Part shown: piece after piece, positions 1-8,528 of the stretch
Layout of the letters: the number at the start of each line of letters is the position of its first letter
Numbering within the stretch: the first letter of the stretch is position 1
Source of the DNA: a virus
Taxonomy: Duplodnaviria > Caudoviricetes
Length of the DNA stretch: 64,000 bases
Strand: one strand, 5' to 3'
Virus record (IMG/VR): IMGVR_UViG_3300017911_001490
Coordinates: 16,598-80,597 of that record
Notes under the pieces: model-generated
Database searches by the model: none
The model's input: the letters and a program-made list of their open reading frames with translations, nothing else
What the model was told of the DNA's origin: nothing
Program-made: the position numbers and the translations under genes

Positions 1-2
1 TA

Positions 3-206
3 GTTCGTTCCTCTTGGGGTGGTCTGTCGCAGAACAGGATGCACACCATGATTCCTCATATAATTCTGTAGCTTGACGCCTTCATCATACGAGAGATGTA
101 CAGAGTCACCCTTCTTCATTGCAGACAAGACCTCACTCCACCTGGAAGAATTATTACGCAAGGGAGGTATTGGTATTCCTCTTTCTATAATTACAGTGGT
201 GTTCAT
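3..206 (-). CDS. Hypothetical small phage protein, truncated by window edge (MNTTVIIERGIPIP...MKKGDSV)
   Basis: ATG at 206 overlaps the stop of the 203..829 ORF (ATGA); frame stays open to the edge; not in the ORF track. Confidence 0.6.
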   Translation of the reverse strand, partial: MNTTVIIERGIPIPPLRNNSSRWSEVLSAMKKGDSVHLSYDEGVKLQNYMRNHGVHPVLRQTTPRGTN

Positions 207-829
207 TTACTGAATGCTATGCACGCAGGTAGTATGCGTTCCAGTTGCCTGTCCTGTTCAATGGTTAGCTTGGTGCGATCCTTATGGAAGTCTGTCTTTG
301 GCTTATTGCCGAATTTCCAGACAGCCACATCTGTACCACATACCTCATTGATCTGCTCGAGGAGTCCATCCACCTCATCTTGCTTGTCAGCAGGGACGAG
401 AGAGAAGTCCACGACACAGGATGTTGTCTCCGTGACTGAGTTCTTGACAAATGCTTCACCTGTTATGGCAACGATCCGTTCCCTGGTCTTGTCGTCGAAC
501 TCACCATATCCTCCCTCCTTGACCTGCACGGACATTTGATGAGGCACACCATAAGTCTGACCCTTGAAGCGAAACATCTTTGGTCTGTCTGCCGCTCGGT
601 TATTGAGTACCATTTCCCGAACAACACGATGAATTACTCGGGACTTATCAATGAGTTCCTTACCTTCAGCCGCTTTCAGTTTGCCCATGTAGTTATCATT
701 GAGGGCTTGTTGTATTGTTGTGTCAGAAGAACTGCTGGCATCAATAACTGTTACCCTGTCCCCTGACGATGTTTTTGGTGGAGGAGCAGATTGAGCCTGC
801 TTCTTCCTTCTTTCTTCTAAACGAGACAT
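203..829 (-). CDS. Hypothetical protein directly downstream of the PRTRC cassette
   Basis: 208 aa ORF starting 4 nt after the ThiF stop; no recognised motif. Confidence 0.75.
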   Translation of the reverse strand: MSRLEERRKKQAQSAPPPKTSSGDRVTVIDASSSSDTTIQQALNDNYMGKLKAAEGKELIDKSRVIHRVVREMVLNNRAADRPKMFRFKGQTYGVPHQMSVQVKEGGYGEFDDKTRERIVAITGEAFVKNSVTETTSCVVDFSLVPADKQDEVDGLLEQINEVCGTDVAVWKFGNKPKTDFHKDRTKLTIEQDRQLERILPACIAFSK

Positions 830-833
830 ATTT

Positions 834-1508
834 CTATGTCCTTTCTATGTTTATGGGGTTACATATACCCTTTGATATATCAAAGAATACACCCCGTTTT
901 GTTATTTGTTTGAAGCGCGTCATCTCCCACACCATGTGGCATGCTTGAATAGCAACTTCATTGTTGATGAAAAGGTCTTGGCGAGCTAGGTGATCCGTGC
1001 AGGTAGGCACATCATCTTCCTCCTCCTCGCCATCCCATAACTGAGGGTTCTCCTCGTATGGGTTAGGTAGTTCACCCTTGAACTGACCAAGCAATACTTG
1101 ACCTGATGTCCGAGCATTACCGCAATCCATAAGGTACGCACCCTCTCGATACCATGACTTGGCAATAGCTTTGCGTGATGCCTTGGTATCCACACAAGAT
1201 ATAACAAGATCGAACTGACCCGATGAGGGTGCTTTAGACTCACGATGTGACCAATTCAGATGGAAGTAATCATTCACCCTCCTGGTCAACACCTTTGCCT
1301 TATTCTGTCCGACATCACACGGGAAGAATGCCTGTCTACCCACATTGTAGTGGGATACTACATCAGGATCGAAGGCAGTAACATATATCTTACCATGGTT
1401 AAGTCTAACCAACTCGTTGTTTATCTTTGCTAAACCATTGATGACATGGCTACCTGTGCCACCACAACCATACACACCAATGTTTCTTATTGTTTTATTC
1501 CGTATCAT
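834..1508 (-). CDS. PRTRC-type ThiF family protein (E1-like adenylating enzyme)
   Basis: GVYGCGGTGS nucleotide-binding loop, D-x-D-x-V-S-x-x-N-x-x-RQ, G-x-NKA, VISCVD, MDCGN, GQVLLG and PTC...QDLFIN, as in PRTRC ThiF proteins. Confidence 0.9.
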   Translation of the reverse strand: MIRNKTIRNIGVYGCGGTGSHVINGLAKINNELVRLNHGKIYVTAFDPDVVSHYNVGRQAFFPCDVGQNKAKVLTRRVNDYFHLNWSHRESKAPSSGQFDLVISCVDTKASRKAIAKSWYREGAYLMDCGNARTSGQVLLGQFKGELPNPYEENPQLWDGEEEEDDVPTCTDHLARQDLFINNEVAIQACHMVWEMTRFKQITKRGVFFDISKGICNPINIERT

Positions 1509-2103
1509 CTAGCACCTCCCTTAGTGTTATTTCTGTTTGTTTTAGTCGGTTACGAGGAGTTGGCATATAGTTGAATGCTGACATATAGAATGCCTCTTCA
1601 TACTCTAACCAACCCTTGCGCTTGGGGCAGTAGGTGACATCAAGGTCAGGCAATGCTGTCCTGACACCACAATGTCCCATCAGTCCATTAGCTGAGTGAA
1701 CATCAGTCCCCCTGTATGGATAGTCATACACTTTACTGTCCTCTTCGGGTAGGAAGTTAGGATCATTCCTGTTCACCACCACCACATGAAGGTTCTGCTT
1801 GCGGAGAATAAACACCAAACCCGGATGCGAGTACATGCGTCTATCTGCGCGTGATAGTATGATCTTCCTTCTGCATGGCTTCTTGTACCATATAATGCAC
1901 TGATTCTTCTGATACCATAGGACATTAGGTAGAACTACTGGTTGAATCATTCGCCCATTGTTAGTAATAGCATCAAAGCAGGCAGGCGTGAGTGTCCGTG
2001 GGTTCACCCAATCTCCATCTGTGTTCTTGTCATAGGCAACGGCAAAGGTTTCCCTGTCGTCACCATAGATCATTATACTGTGTTTAGCTTCAATCGTTTG
2101 CAT
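1495..2103 (-). CDS. PRTRC system protein B-like (prokaryotic E2 family D)
   Basis: Position just upstream of ThiF; IIWYKKPCRR, HPGLVF, Y-x-YPY...N-G-x-x-x-x-C pattern and C-terminal EEAFYMSAF. Confidence 0.7.
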   Translation of the reverse strand: MQTIEAKHSIMIYGDDRETFAVAYDKNTDGDWVNPRTLTPACFDAITNNGRMIQPVVLPNVLWYQKNQCIIWYKKPCRRKIILSRADRRMYSHPGLVFILRKQNLHVVVVNRNDPNFLPEEDSKVYDYPYRGTDVHSANGLMGHCGVRTALPDLDVTYCPKRKGWLEYEEAFYMSAFNYMPTPRNRLKQTEITLREVLDDTE

Positions 2104-3082
2104 AAGATATATATTTTAGTAGGTCATAGAATGGACGGAACAGATAGATAACATGCTCCTGTGCCTCTCTAGTGTGTAGTGCGTAGCACAAGCTAGTGAC
2201 TTGCGCTCCTGTTTGTGTGTAATGAGCAGTCATATCCTCAGTGAGCATCCAAGATGGATCCCTTGGTCCACCCTGATCCGGTGGCCCCGATGTTAACTCC
2301 TCCCTTCGTATCCTCTCATGATCGGGACCATAGTCAGACATATGATGCAGGAACCTGGGGGCGTATCTGCCATACCATGGCTCCAAGCCATACCAAGTAC
2401 ATATCAACGCAGGGAATAAAAAGAATTCTTCATTAGATATATCAATAAACTCATACTGCTTGAGTTCATCAATGGCATCCTCGCATTCCCGTATCAGTCT
2501 GCATAGAATAGGTAATTCTGTTGGCTGGGTATGATTATCCTCCGCATTCGCCTTCACCCATTCCGGGCAGAACCCATAGTTGTGACCCTTCTTCTTCTTC
2601 CTCTCTACCTCGTTGTAGTCCACCCGTGGATTAGCATCAATGCAATCTTCGGTGAGGAACTCAATAGACCCATGAGCTTCCCAGTTGATAAGATCGGGAG
2701 TCAGTATATGTATCGGAGAGTGGGATAGTAAGTGTATCAAGTAATTGCCTATACTATACCTCTTGTGCAACATACTGAGGCGTGGTCCGACTGCATATCG
2801 TTGAACATCCTCGGGCTGATTGATGATTGGAATGAGCATGTCGTTCCACGGGTAGATATGTATCTCGTGCTTGAGGTCAGATATACTATGCAGTAGATCA
2901 GTGAGATAATCATCCTTACATTCATCTTGGTATGTCTTATATACTTTTCCTGTTCTTGTTATGTATTGAGGTAAGCTATGTGGTGTCTCTAAAAAAGGGG
3001 AGGCACGGTATGCGAGGGGAGTTCCCCCCGCATCCGAACATCCGTGATTGCTTGTTTTAGTTGGAACGAGTATCTCGACCAT
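2090..3082 (-). CDS. Protein in the PRTRC protein F position (function unknown)
   Basis: 330 aa ORF between C and B, matching the usual E-C-F-B-ThiF order; sequence similarity not evident by eye. Confidence 0.5.
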   Translation of the reverse strand: MVEILVPTKTSNHGCSDAGGTPLAYRASPFLETPHSLPQYITRTGKVYKTYQDECKDDYLTDLLHSISDLKHEIHIYPWNDMLIPIINQPEDVQRYAVGPRLSMLHKRYSIGNYLIHLLSHSPIHILTPDLINWEAHGSIEFLTEDCIDANPRVDYNEVERKKKKGHNYGFCPEWVKANAEDNHTQPTELPILCRLIRECEDAIDELKQYEFIDISNEEFFLFPALICTWYGLEPWYGRYAPRFLHHMSDYGPDHERIRREELTSGPPDQGGPRDPSWMLTEDMTAHYTQTGAQVTSLCYALHTREAQEHVIYLFRPFYDLLKYISYAND

Positions 3083-3091
3083 TGTCCGTAG

Positions 3092-3331
3092 TTATCCTTT
3101 AGTACCGTATTTCCCTGAGAATTGGTATCGTTCTGTTCCGCCACCTTTTCCTTCGAGTTTGTACTTTTCTTTACCTTTTTCATATATTGGTCCGGCTACC
3201 TCCCCGTTCGTTAATGATGGATATACACGCGCATACATTTGCATTACCTCCTCAGGCTTCAGGTGATGACCGAGATCTTCAAGCACCCGATCACCAAAGA
3301 TGAACTCACGCTTTGTTTTCTTCAGGCTCAT
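3092..3331 (-). CDS. PRTRC system protein C (prokaryotic ubiquitin-like protein)
   Basis: 79 aa; REF-x-F, PEEV-x-x-x-YA-x-x-YP-x-L-x-x-x-x-V-x-GP and the C-terminal GTKG typical of PRTRC C. Confidence 0.88.
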   Translation of the reverse strand: MSLKKTKREFIFGDRVLEDLGHHLKPEEVMQMYARVYPSLTNGEVAGPIYEKGKEKYKLEGKGGGTERYQFSGKYGTKG

Positions 3332-3876
3332 AGGTCATCCAAGGAGAGTGCTTTCTCCTCTGCTTTCTCCACTGCTGATTTGAGTTCTTTGGTTTCCTCC
3401 TTCGGTGGCTCCTCCTTCGGTTCCTCCTTTGCTAGTCGATCAGGCTCATCATCAAGATTCAAGTCCTGTTGGTCAGCACTCTCGGCTTGCTTCTTGCGCA
3501 GTTCCTCACGCTGTTCAGCTTGAGTCTTCTTCTTCCTGGTTGTTGTGGTCTTGCCCGCAGGCTTCTTGGCTGCCACCTTCTTCTGCTTTGAAGCAACTGC
3601 ACCCTTAAGTTTTTTCTCCAACTCAGTCAGGTCAGTTGTGGCGGCAACCATTGGGTCTCTGTAATCATTTAAGTCCTTAGTGAACTCCTGATTAGAGAAG
3701 TTGGATAGGTCATAGCACTTGGTCATAGCACCTTCTAGTACCTTACGATCCTCATCCGGTAGTTTGATGTCTTCCTTTAGTGTAGGAATGACAACTACAT
3801 GTAATAGTTCCCCGTCCAACTGGAGATCTATATTTAGTCTGTGTGTTTTTAGCAGTGGTATGTATTCAGTGATCAC
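3328..3876 (-). CDS. PRTRC system protein E-like
   Basis: N-terminal L-x-I...G-x-x-LHVVVIP, coiled middle and charged low-complexity tail; immediately upstream of protein C. Confidence 0.7.
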   Translation of the reverse strand: MITEYIPLLKTHRLNIDLQLDGELLHVVVIPTLKEDIKLPDEDRKVLEGAMTKCYDLSNFSNQEFTKDLNDYRDPMVAATTDLTELEKKLKGAVASKQKKVAAKKPAGKTTTTRKKKTQAEQREELRKKQAESADQQDLNLDDEPDRLAKEEPKEEPPKEETKELKSAVEKAEEKALSLDDL

Positions 3877-4274
3877 TGTATTTTCCTTTCTCTGTGTGTT
3901 TTAGTGTAGACCTTGCGAATGTCTTCCTCTTTGAATCCATCCCCGTAGTCTTTTAATTTGTCTACCGTGTCGTCTATGCAACCCGTGTAGTATGCTTCAT
4001 GGTTTTCTAGTTCGCGCAGTATGATCTGCTCGGCAGTATGATCCTTCTTGTCCTGGGCAATGCCTTCATCAATGATGTTACTGATACCATCTATTAGTTC
4101 TTTGCTCTTGTCCTTGGGTACAATCATACCTGCACCAAGATGTGAATACTTCACACCCTCGACAGCATGATCTTTGAACTGGAACTTATTGAATGCATAG
4201 AAAGCACCGAGGCGCTTCATCAATGCGTCATGCTTATCCTCAATATAATCAGACAGGTATTTTAATCCCTCCAT
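3873..4274 (-). CDS. Hypothetical phage protein (GAFYAFNKFQF motif)
   Basis: 133 aa ORF, stop overlaps next start. Confidence 0.75.
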   Translation of the reverse strand: MEGLKYLSDYIEDKHDALMKRLGAFYAFNKFQFKDHAVEGVKYSHLGAGMIVPKDKSKELIDGISNIIDEGIAQDKKDHTAEQIILRELENHEAYYTGCIDDTVDKLKDYGDGFKEEDIRKVYTKTHRERKIQ

Positions 4275-4705
4275 AATCTCATTTCCTCCGCTGTCTCAAT
4301 CCTATCGTGGATAGGAAAGGCACCAGGATACCTGATCCCTATCTTTGTGTAGACATAATCGCTCACTCTTGAGTCTCCCGAGTAACAGAAGTTACCCCCG
4401 AACATCACGCTACCTCGTTCTTCAGTGTCCATGGTTCTATCGTCCTCGATCCATTCATCCTTGAGTTCAGAATCCATACGCTTACGAGCGGGCACTACCT
4501 TACAGTACTTGCTCACCTTATCGCATATCAATAAGACTGGGTAGTACTTGTCGCAGGGTTCGAAGGGACATTTAAATCCATGCACATCATGAGTAATATT
4601 CACAATGCACACACCCTTGTATTTATATTTGGGACCACTGAACCCACCCTTCGTGGTGTCAGTGCCAAGGAAGCGATCTGTGTATATACTAGCTATAAGC
4701 CCCAT
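4262..4705 (-). CDS. Hypothetical phage protein
   Basis: 147 aa ORF tightly packed in the leftward operon. Confidence 0.75.
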   Translation of the reverse strand: MGLIASIYTDRFLGTDTTKGGFSGPKYKYKGVCIVNITHDVHGFKCPFEPCDKYYPVLLICDKVSKYCKVVPARKRMDSELKDEWIEDDRTMDTEERGSVMFGGNFCYSGDSRVSDYVYTKIGIRYPGAFPIHDRIETAEEMRLWRD

Positions 4706-4931
4706 CGTAGCAATGCCTCACTCCTACACATTCAATTCTTGAAACCAGGTCTTCGCGACGCTCTCTAACAAGGTAATCCCTGTCGGTCTCGCATCGTACC
4801 ATACATGAGGTAAGTCCGAGTTCATCAATCGCAATGATCTTAGATACATTGAGTGTAAGAACCCTTGATTCCTCCTTACCCTTTGCTCCAGTATAGTGGT
4901 GCCTGATGGTTAATAACTGAGTGCCAGTCAT
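4689..4931 (-). CDS. Small hypothetical protein, weak FlbD-like pattern
   Basis: 80 aa; LNVSKIIAIDE...YLVRERREDL. Confidence 0.55.
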   Translation of the reverse strand: MTGTQLLTIRHHYTGAKGKEESRVLTLNVSKIIAIDELGLTSCMVRCETDRDYLVRERREDLVSRIECVGVRHCYDGAYS

Positions 4932-5794
4932 AGTTCGTCCATACCTCCTTCTTTCTTTGGAGCCTTGAGTGCCTCGATCTCGGCATTGTGCTTCATGATG
5001 AATTGCTTCATCTTCTCACGCTTGGTATCCAAGTCCTTGATCTGGTCTTGCATCTCCTTGACGACCTTGCCTAGCTTGAGTACAGCATTCTCGAGCTTCT
5101 CAGCTATATCTATATCGAACTGTTCAGTGATACCACCTTGTAGCTTGTCGATCTCTTCTACCATTACCTCACGAACGAAGCATCTAAGCATACCGGTCAG
5201 TGTTGATCCATGAGACCCAGCTGGATACTGATGGTTGGCTAGCTCACTACCAAACTTAGCTTTACGCTTAGTGTTAGCCTTGGCTTCCTTGGCTTCCTCC
5301 ACCCTGTCGGGTATCTCCTTGACCTGTTGGTCAACCACCTGATCGACTGCCTCACGCTCTTCACGCTCGACTACTTCATCGTGTGTTTCTTCGTCATCAT
5401 CAATGAGGTTAGTAACATCCTCGTATGTTGAGTCATCATCCTTGACTTCCACCTTGTCAGCACCTGCACTGATAACAGGAGGTCGATCAAACTCACCAGC
5501 CATGGTACGCTTGATCCAGTCCTCATATATCTTTGATGCAATCTTGGCATAGAACTCCTTGCGTTGTGCTTCATCGCGTGGTGGTTCCTCACCTTCGGGC
5601 CAATATGGATTAACTGTACCATCTGCAAGTCTTGGCTTGATATACCTGGCGTGATCACCAAGGAAGAAGATTACATTGGTTAGTGATGGGTCGAGTGCGG
5701 TTAAGCACTTGTCTCGGAAACGAATCTTTACTTCGTCCCCGTGTTTTGCTTGGCGCTCATCGAGTGCCTGATTTAGTTTTTCAGAGAGTTGCAT
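4928..5794 (-). CDS. Hypothetical acidic, coiled-coil protein
   Basis: ORF track 4928..5926; ATG at 5794 preferred because it limits overlap with the ATPase gene to 14 nt. Confidence 0.7.
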   Translation of the reverse strand: MQLSEKLNQALDERQAKHGDEVKIRFRDKCLTALDPSLTNVIFFLGDHARYIKPRLADGTVNPYWPEGEEPPRDEAQRKEFYAKIASKIYEDWIKRTMAGEFDRPPVISAGADKVEVKDDDSTYEDVTNLIDDDEETHDEVVEREEREAVDQVVDQQVKEIPDRVEEAKEAKANTKRKAKFGSELANHQYPAGSHGSTLTGMLRCFVREVMVEEIDKLQGGITEQFDIDIAEKLENAVLKLGKVVKEMQDQIKDLDTKREKMKQFIMKHNAEIEALKAPKKEGGMDEL

Positions 5795-6524
5795 ATTCTT
5801 CTGATCTCTTTCTATTTTTGATTTGGATTGTGCTAAGAAGTTTGTCGAAATGCTTGAGTGAGGCGCGAATATCCCCACCGCCGTTTTCAACGCAGATCTT
5901 AGCGGCTTTAAGTTTAAGTTGAGCATTCTCTTGTTGATCTAATCCTTTCTTCATCTGCACACCCTTGAGGCACATCTTAGCCAACTCCATAGCTAGCTCA
6001 TTCGTGGGTATCTTGGGTGCTTCATACCATGTGAACCTAGATGCAAACTTCGGAGTCAAATGCTCAGCTTTCTCCGATGCGGACATCTTTTCGTACTGGT
6101 CCCGATGGCAGGGTTTCTTGTTGGTAGTTACAAAGAACGCGTATGACTTAGGCATCTCGTCCTGTAACCAGTCATGCAGGCTGTCCTGCACATCCTTGTG
6201 AATCCGATCACACTCATTGACGAGTATCGCTCGGCGAGAGCCGAACATAAATGTCGTAGCTGACTGCTCCTCCCATTCATTAGTGGTAGCCATAGTTACC
6301 TTGGCACCCTTAACGACTTGGTAATTGAGCGGATCATCTATCCATTCCCTCGCGAGCATGTCAGCGATAGTGGTCTTACCTCTGCCTTCATACCCATGAA
6401 TCAGAAAACACCGCTCGCCCTCGGGCTGTCCGAGTGCGTATCTGATGAGTTCTGCTTGGGTTCGGATTCCGTCTCCGATGAGTTCATCGAAGCTTTTGGG
6501 TTTCCATGTTGCCCATGTTTGCAT
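5781..6524 (-). CDS. Clamp-loader-like (DnaX/RFC/RarA clade) AAA+ ATPase
   Basis: WKPKSFDELIG N-terminal motif, Walker A GYEGRGKTT, Walker B ILVNECD, FFVTTN sensor, ASRF, GGGDIRASL. Confidence 0.8.
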   Translation of the reverse strand: MQTWATWKPKSFDELIGDGIRTQAELIRYALGQPEGERCFLIHGYEGRGKTTIADMLAREWIDDPLNYQVVKGAKVTMATTNEWEEQSATTFMFGSRRAILVNECDRIHKDVQDSLHDWLQDEMPKSYAFFVTTNKKPCHRDQYEKMSASEKAEHLTPKFASRFTWYEAPKIPTNELAMELAKMCLKGVQMKKGLDQQENAQLKLKAAKICVENGGGDIRASLKHFDKLLSTIQIKNRKRSEEYATL

Positions 6525-6697
6525 CTCTTATTATTTTCCTCCTCCCACTGACGGATGTACTCCTCGTGGTTTAGTTGCTCCATTGGTTTATCTTCCAACG
6601 GAAGGTTATCTTTTGCTCCTCTCATAGCGTCACGAATCATGTGTTGCACGAAGACCTCCGGGTCCCCGATAACATCCTTTATGTGCGTTACACCCAT
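6401..6697 (-). CDS. Hypothetical protein
   Basis: Fills the gap between neighbours but overlaps the ATPase start by about 120 nt. Confidence 0.45.
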   Translation of the reverse strand: MGVTHIKDVIGDPEVFVQHMIRDAMRGAKDNLPLEDKPMEQLNHEEYIRQWEEENNKRCKHGQHGNPKASMNSSETESEPKQNSSDTHSDSPRASGVF

Positions 6698-6993
6698 GCG
6701 AACGACTCCAGTTCATCGACATGCTCACCATCCTGACTAAGCATAAGCCAATCATACTCGGCGGGTATCCGTTCGAGTAGTTCATGTATGAATTGCCTGG
6801 AGTATCCTTTCTCCTCCAACCACTTGCGTGTATGCTTATTGGATGCAGGAGTCGTATCGAACATAATACCCTCTTTATGATTGAGGTGTAGTACGAAGAA
6901 ATCCTCCTCCTTCTTGAGTAGTAGGAAGTCACTTGGTTTGATGTGAGCGATATCAAGATGCAGAAAGGAGAATGCCTCCTGTACTGCGATCAT
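6688..6993 (-). CDS. Hypothetical protein
   Basis: 101 aa ORF in a coupled operon. Confidence 0.65.
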   Translation of the reverse strand: MIAVQEAFSFLHLDIAHIKPSDFLLLKKEEDFFVLHLNHKEGIMFDTTPASNKHTRKWLEEKGYSRQFIHELLERIPAEYDWLMLSQDGEHVDELESFAWV

Positions 6994-7643
6994 CGGAACT
7001 TATACTTGGTATGCATACCCAAGTTCATCGACTGCTTACGGGTTAGATCGTAAGGAAGGGTAGCATCCACCACGACAACACCCTCCCAGTTGTATGCAGA
7101 GGAAGTATTGATCGCCACGAAATGCTCATAAGCATTCTTCATAGTATCAAACGCATCCTGTGCATGCACCTCGTCCCACACAGGGAACCGAGTAACTAGC
7201 CAAGGCATATCAATCATTGACACGAAAGGATCAATAGTTGGCACATCGACTAGGTTGCGGCGCGTGTGATAGTCGACAATCGACCCATCGCATACATCAA
7301 TGATGCAAGCACGCTTATGCCTACATGAGTACTCCAAGTCCCACCACTGCACGGTGGAATGAGAGCATTGCAGAAGGACATCATGTATGTCTCCCTGTAC
7401 TCCCTTGTCCATGCGTGTATACTCTTGGGTCTTCCGGTTATATACATTCCCATTACGATCCATGAGGACACGGTCTGAGTCCGCATCCATCTTAGGTGTA
7501 CCCACCTCATGGTCACGCACGGTGACATGGTATGAGCCTGTGGTTGCACGGGGTGGATACCCGATGCTCACATTGATACGGTCAAGTATATGTCCCTGCG
7601 TGTAGTGATGTCCTTTATGGGGCATAGTTAATGGTGTGACCAT
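6990..7643 (-). CDS. Hypothetical protein
   Basis: ORF track 6990..7670; ATG at 7643 has GGAGG upstream and TAATG coupling. Confidence 0.7.
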   Translation of the reverse strand: MVTPLTMPHKGHHYTQGHILDRINVSIGYPPRATTGSYHVTVRDHEVGTPKMDADSDRVLMDRNGNVYNRKTQEYTRMDKGVQGDIHDVLLQCSHSTVQWWDLEYSCRHKRACIIDVCDGSIVDYHTRRNLVDVPTIDPFVSMIDMPWLVTRFPVWDEVHAQDAFDTMKNAYEHFVAINTSSAYNWEGVVVVDATLPYDLTRKQSMNLGMHTKYKFR

Positions 7644-7870
7644 TAGTGTACCTCCTCCATATGGTAACAATCAGCATCCTGGTTGGCGGGCCAATCCATT
7701 GGATGTTTACTTGGGGTGATGAAGTAATTACCTACGGCTTTACCATCAAACATTACCGTGCCTGACGCTTGCCCATCCCTTACCTCTACTGATATTTGCT
7801 CGACAGCATTACCCAACTGCGTGGGTGTCATATCCGTCAAGCCTGTGTCTATTTCAACTTGTAGCTTCAC
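7643..7870 (-). CDS. Hypothetical protein
   Basis: 75 aa ORF in a coupled operon. Confidence 0.65.
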   Translation of the reverse strand: MKLQVEIDTGLTDMTPTQLGNAVEQISVEVRDGQASGTVMFDGKAVGNYFITPSKHPMDWPANQDADCYHMEEVH

Positions 7871-8108
7871 TTGCTACCTCCTTTACTACTTGTATTGATT
7901 TTAGTCGTTTAGCTTCCATTAGAAGCATTATGAATGCACTATACTCGGGGTACCTGTTCTTAATGAACGAGGGAACCTCAAGCATTGTGATTTCACCCGT
8001 TGTAACACGGGTTTCTCCTGCCTTCTCAATGCAGTCCAAGATTATCTTGGCATCACTGAGGGCATCTATTCTATCGGGATCGCAGTCCCAAACCTGTACT
8101 CTATCCAT
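7854..8108 (-). CDS. Hypothetical protein
   Basis: 84 aa ORF in a coupled operon. Confidence 0.65.
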   Translation of the reverse strand: MDRVQVWDCDPDRIDALSDAKIILDCIEKAGETRVTTGEITMLEVPSFIKNRYPEYSAFIMLLMEAKRLKSIQVVKEVASEATS

Positions 8109-8475
8109 GATCTTCTATCTCTAGCACCACATCCTCGGGTGCTAGCCTTTCTTGTTTATGTGTGAAGTAGTATCCTTGAGCCTTGTATCTCTCAGGGAAC
8201 TCTTTGATGAACTGCTCCGCTTCCTCACGGGTTTCACATGTAGTGGCAGGTATGCCATCTGTTCTGTTCCATACGGTGAATCTTGGGTGAGGTTCGGGAG
8301 GGTCTATGATGTCTTGTATCTGTACCAACCTTCGTATTGCCTCTTCACCTACTTGAAGTGCATCAAGGGCTGCCTGTACGACATCCATACCCTTCTCACT
8401 GAGGAACACTGGGTCCTTGATCCAAATCTCGAGATCCTTACGAGCCTTGCTTAGTTGCTTGTAGTCTCCTGACAT
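8101..8475 (-). CDS. Hypothetical protein
   Basis: 124 aa ORF with AGAAAGGA upstream. Confidence 0.7.
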   Translation of the reverse strand: MSGDYKQLSKARKDLEIWIKDPVFLSEKGMDVVQAALDALQVGEEAIRRLVQIQDIIDPPEPHPRFTVWNRTDGIPATTCETREEAEQFIKEFPERYKAQGYYFTHKQERLAPEDVVLEIEDHG

Positions 8476-8528
8476 ATCGCTTCATCCTTTCTACATTTAT
8501 GGGTTTTGTGTTGTAGTATATGCACATG

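Noticed and set aside
834-1508. ThiF as a thiamine or molybdopterin biosynthesis auxiliary gene
   Set aside because: No ThiS/MoaD or pathway genes nearby, the paired CxxC zinc motifs are absent, and neighbours match the PRTRC arrangement
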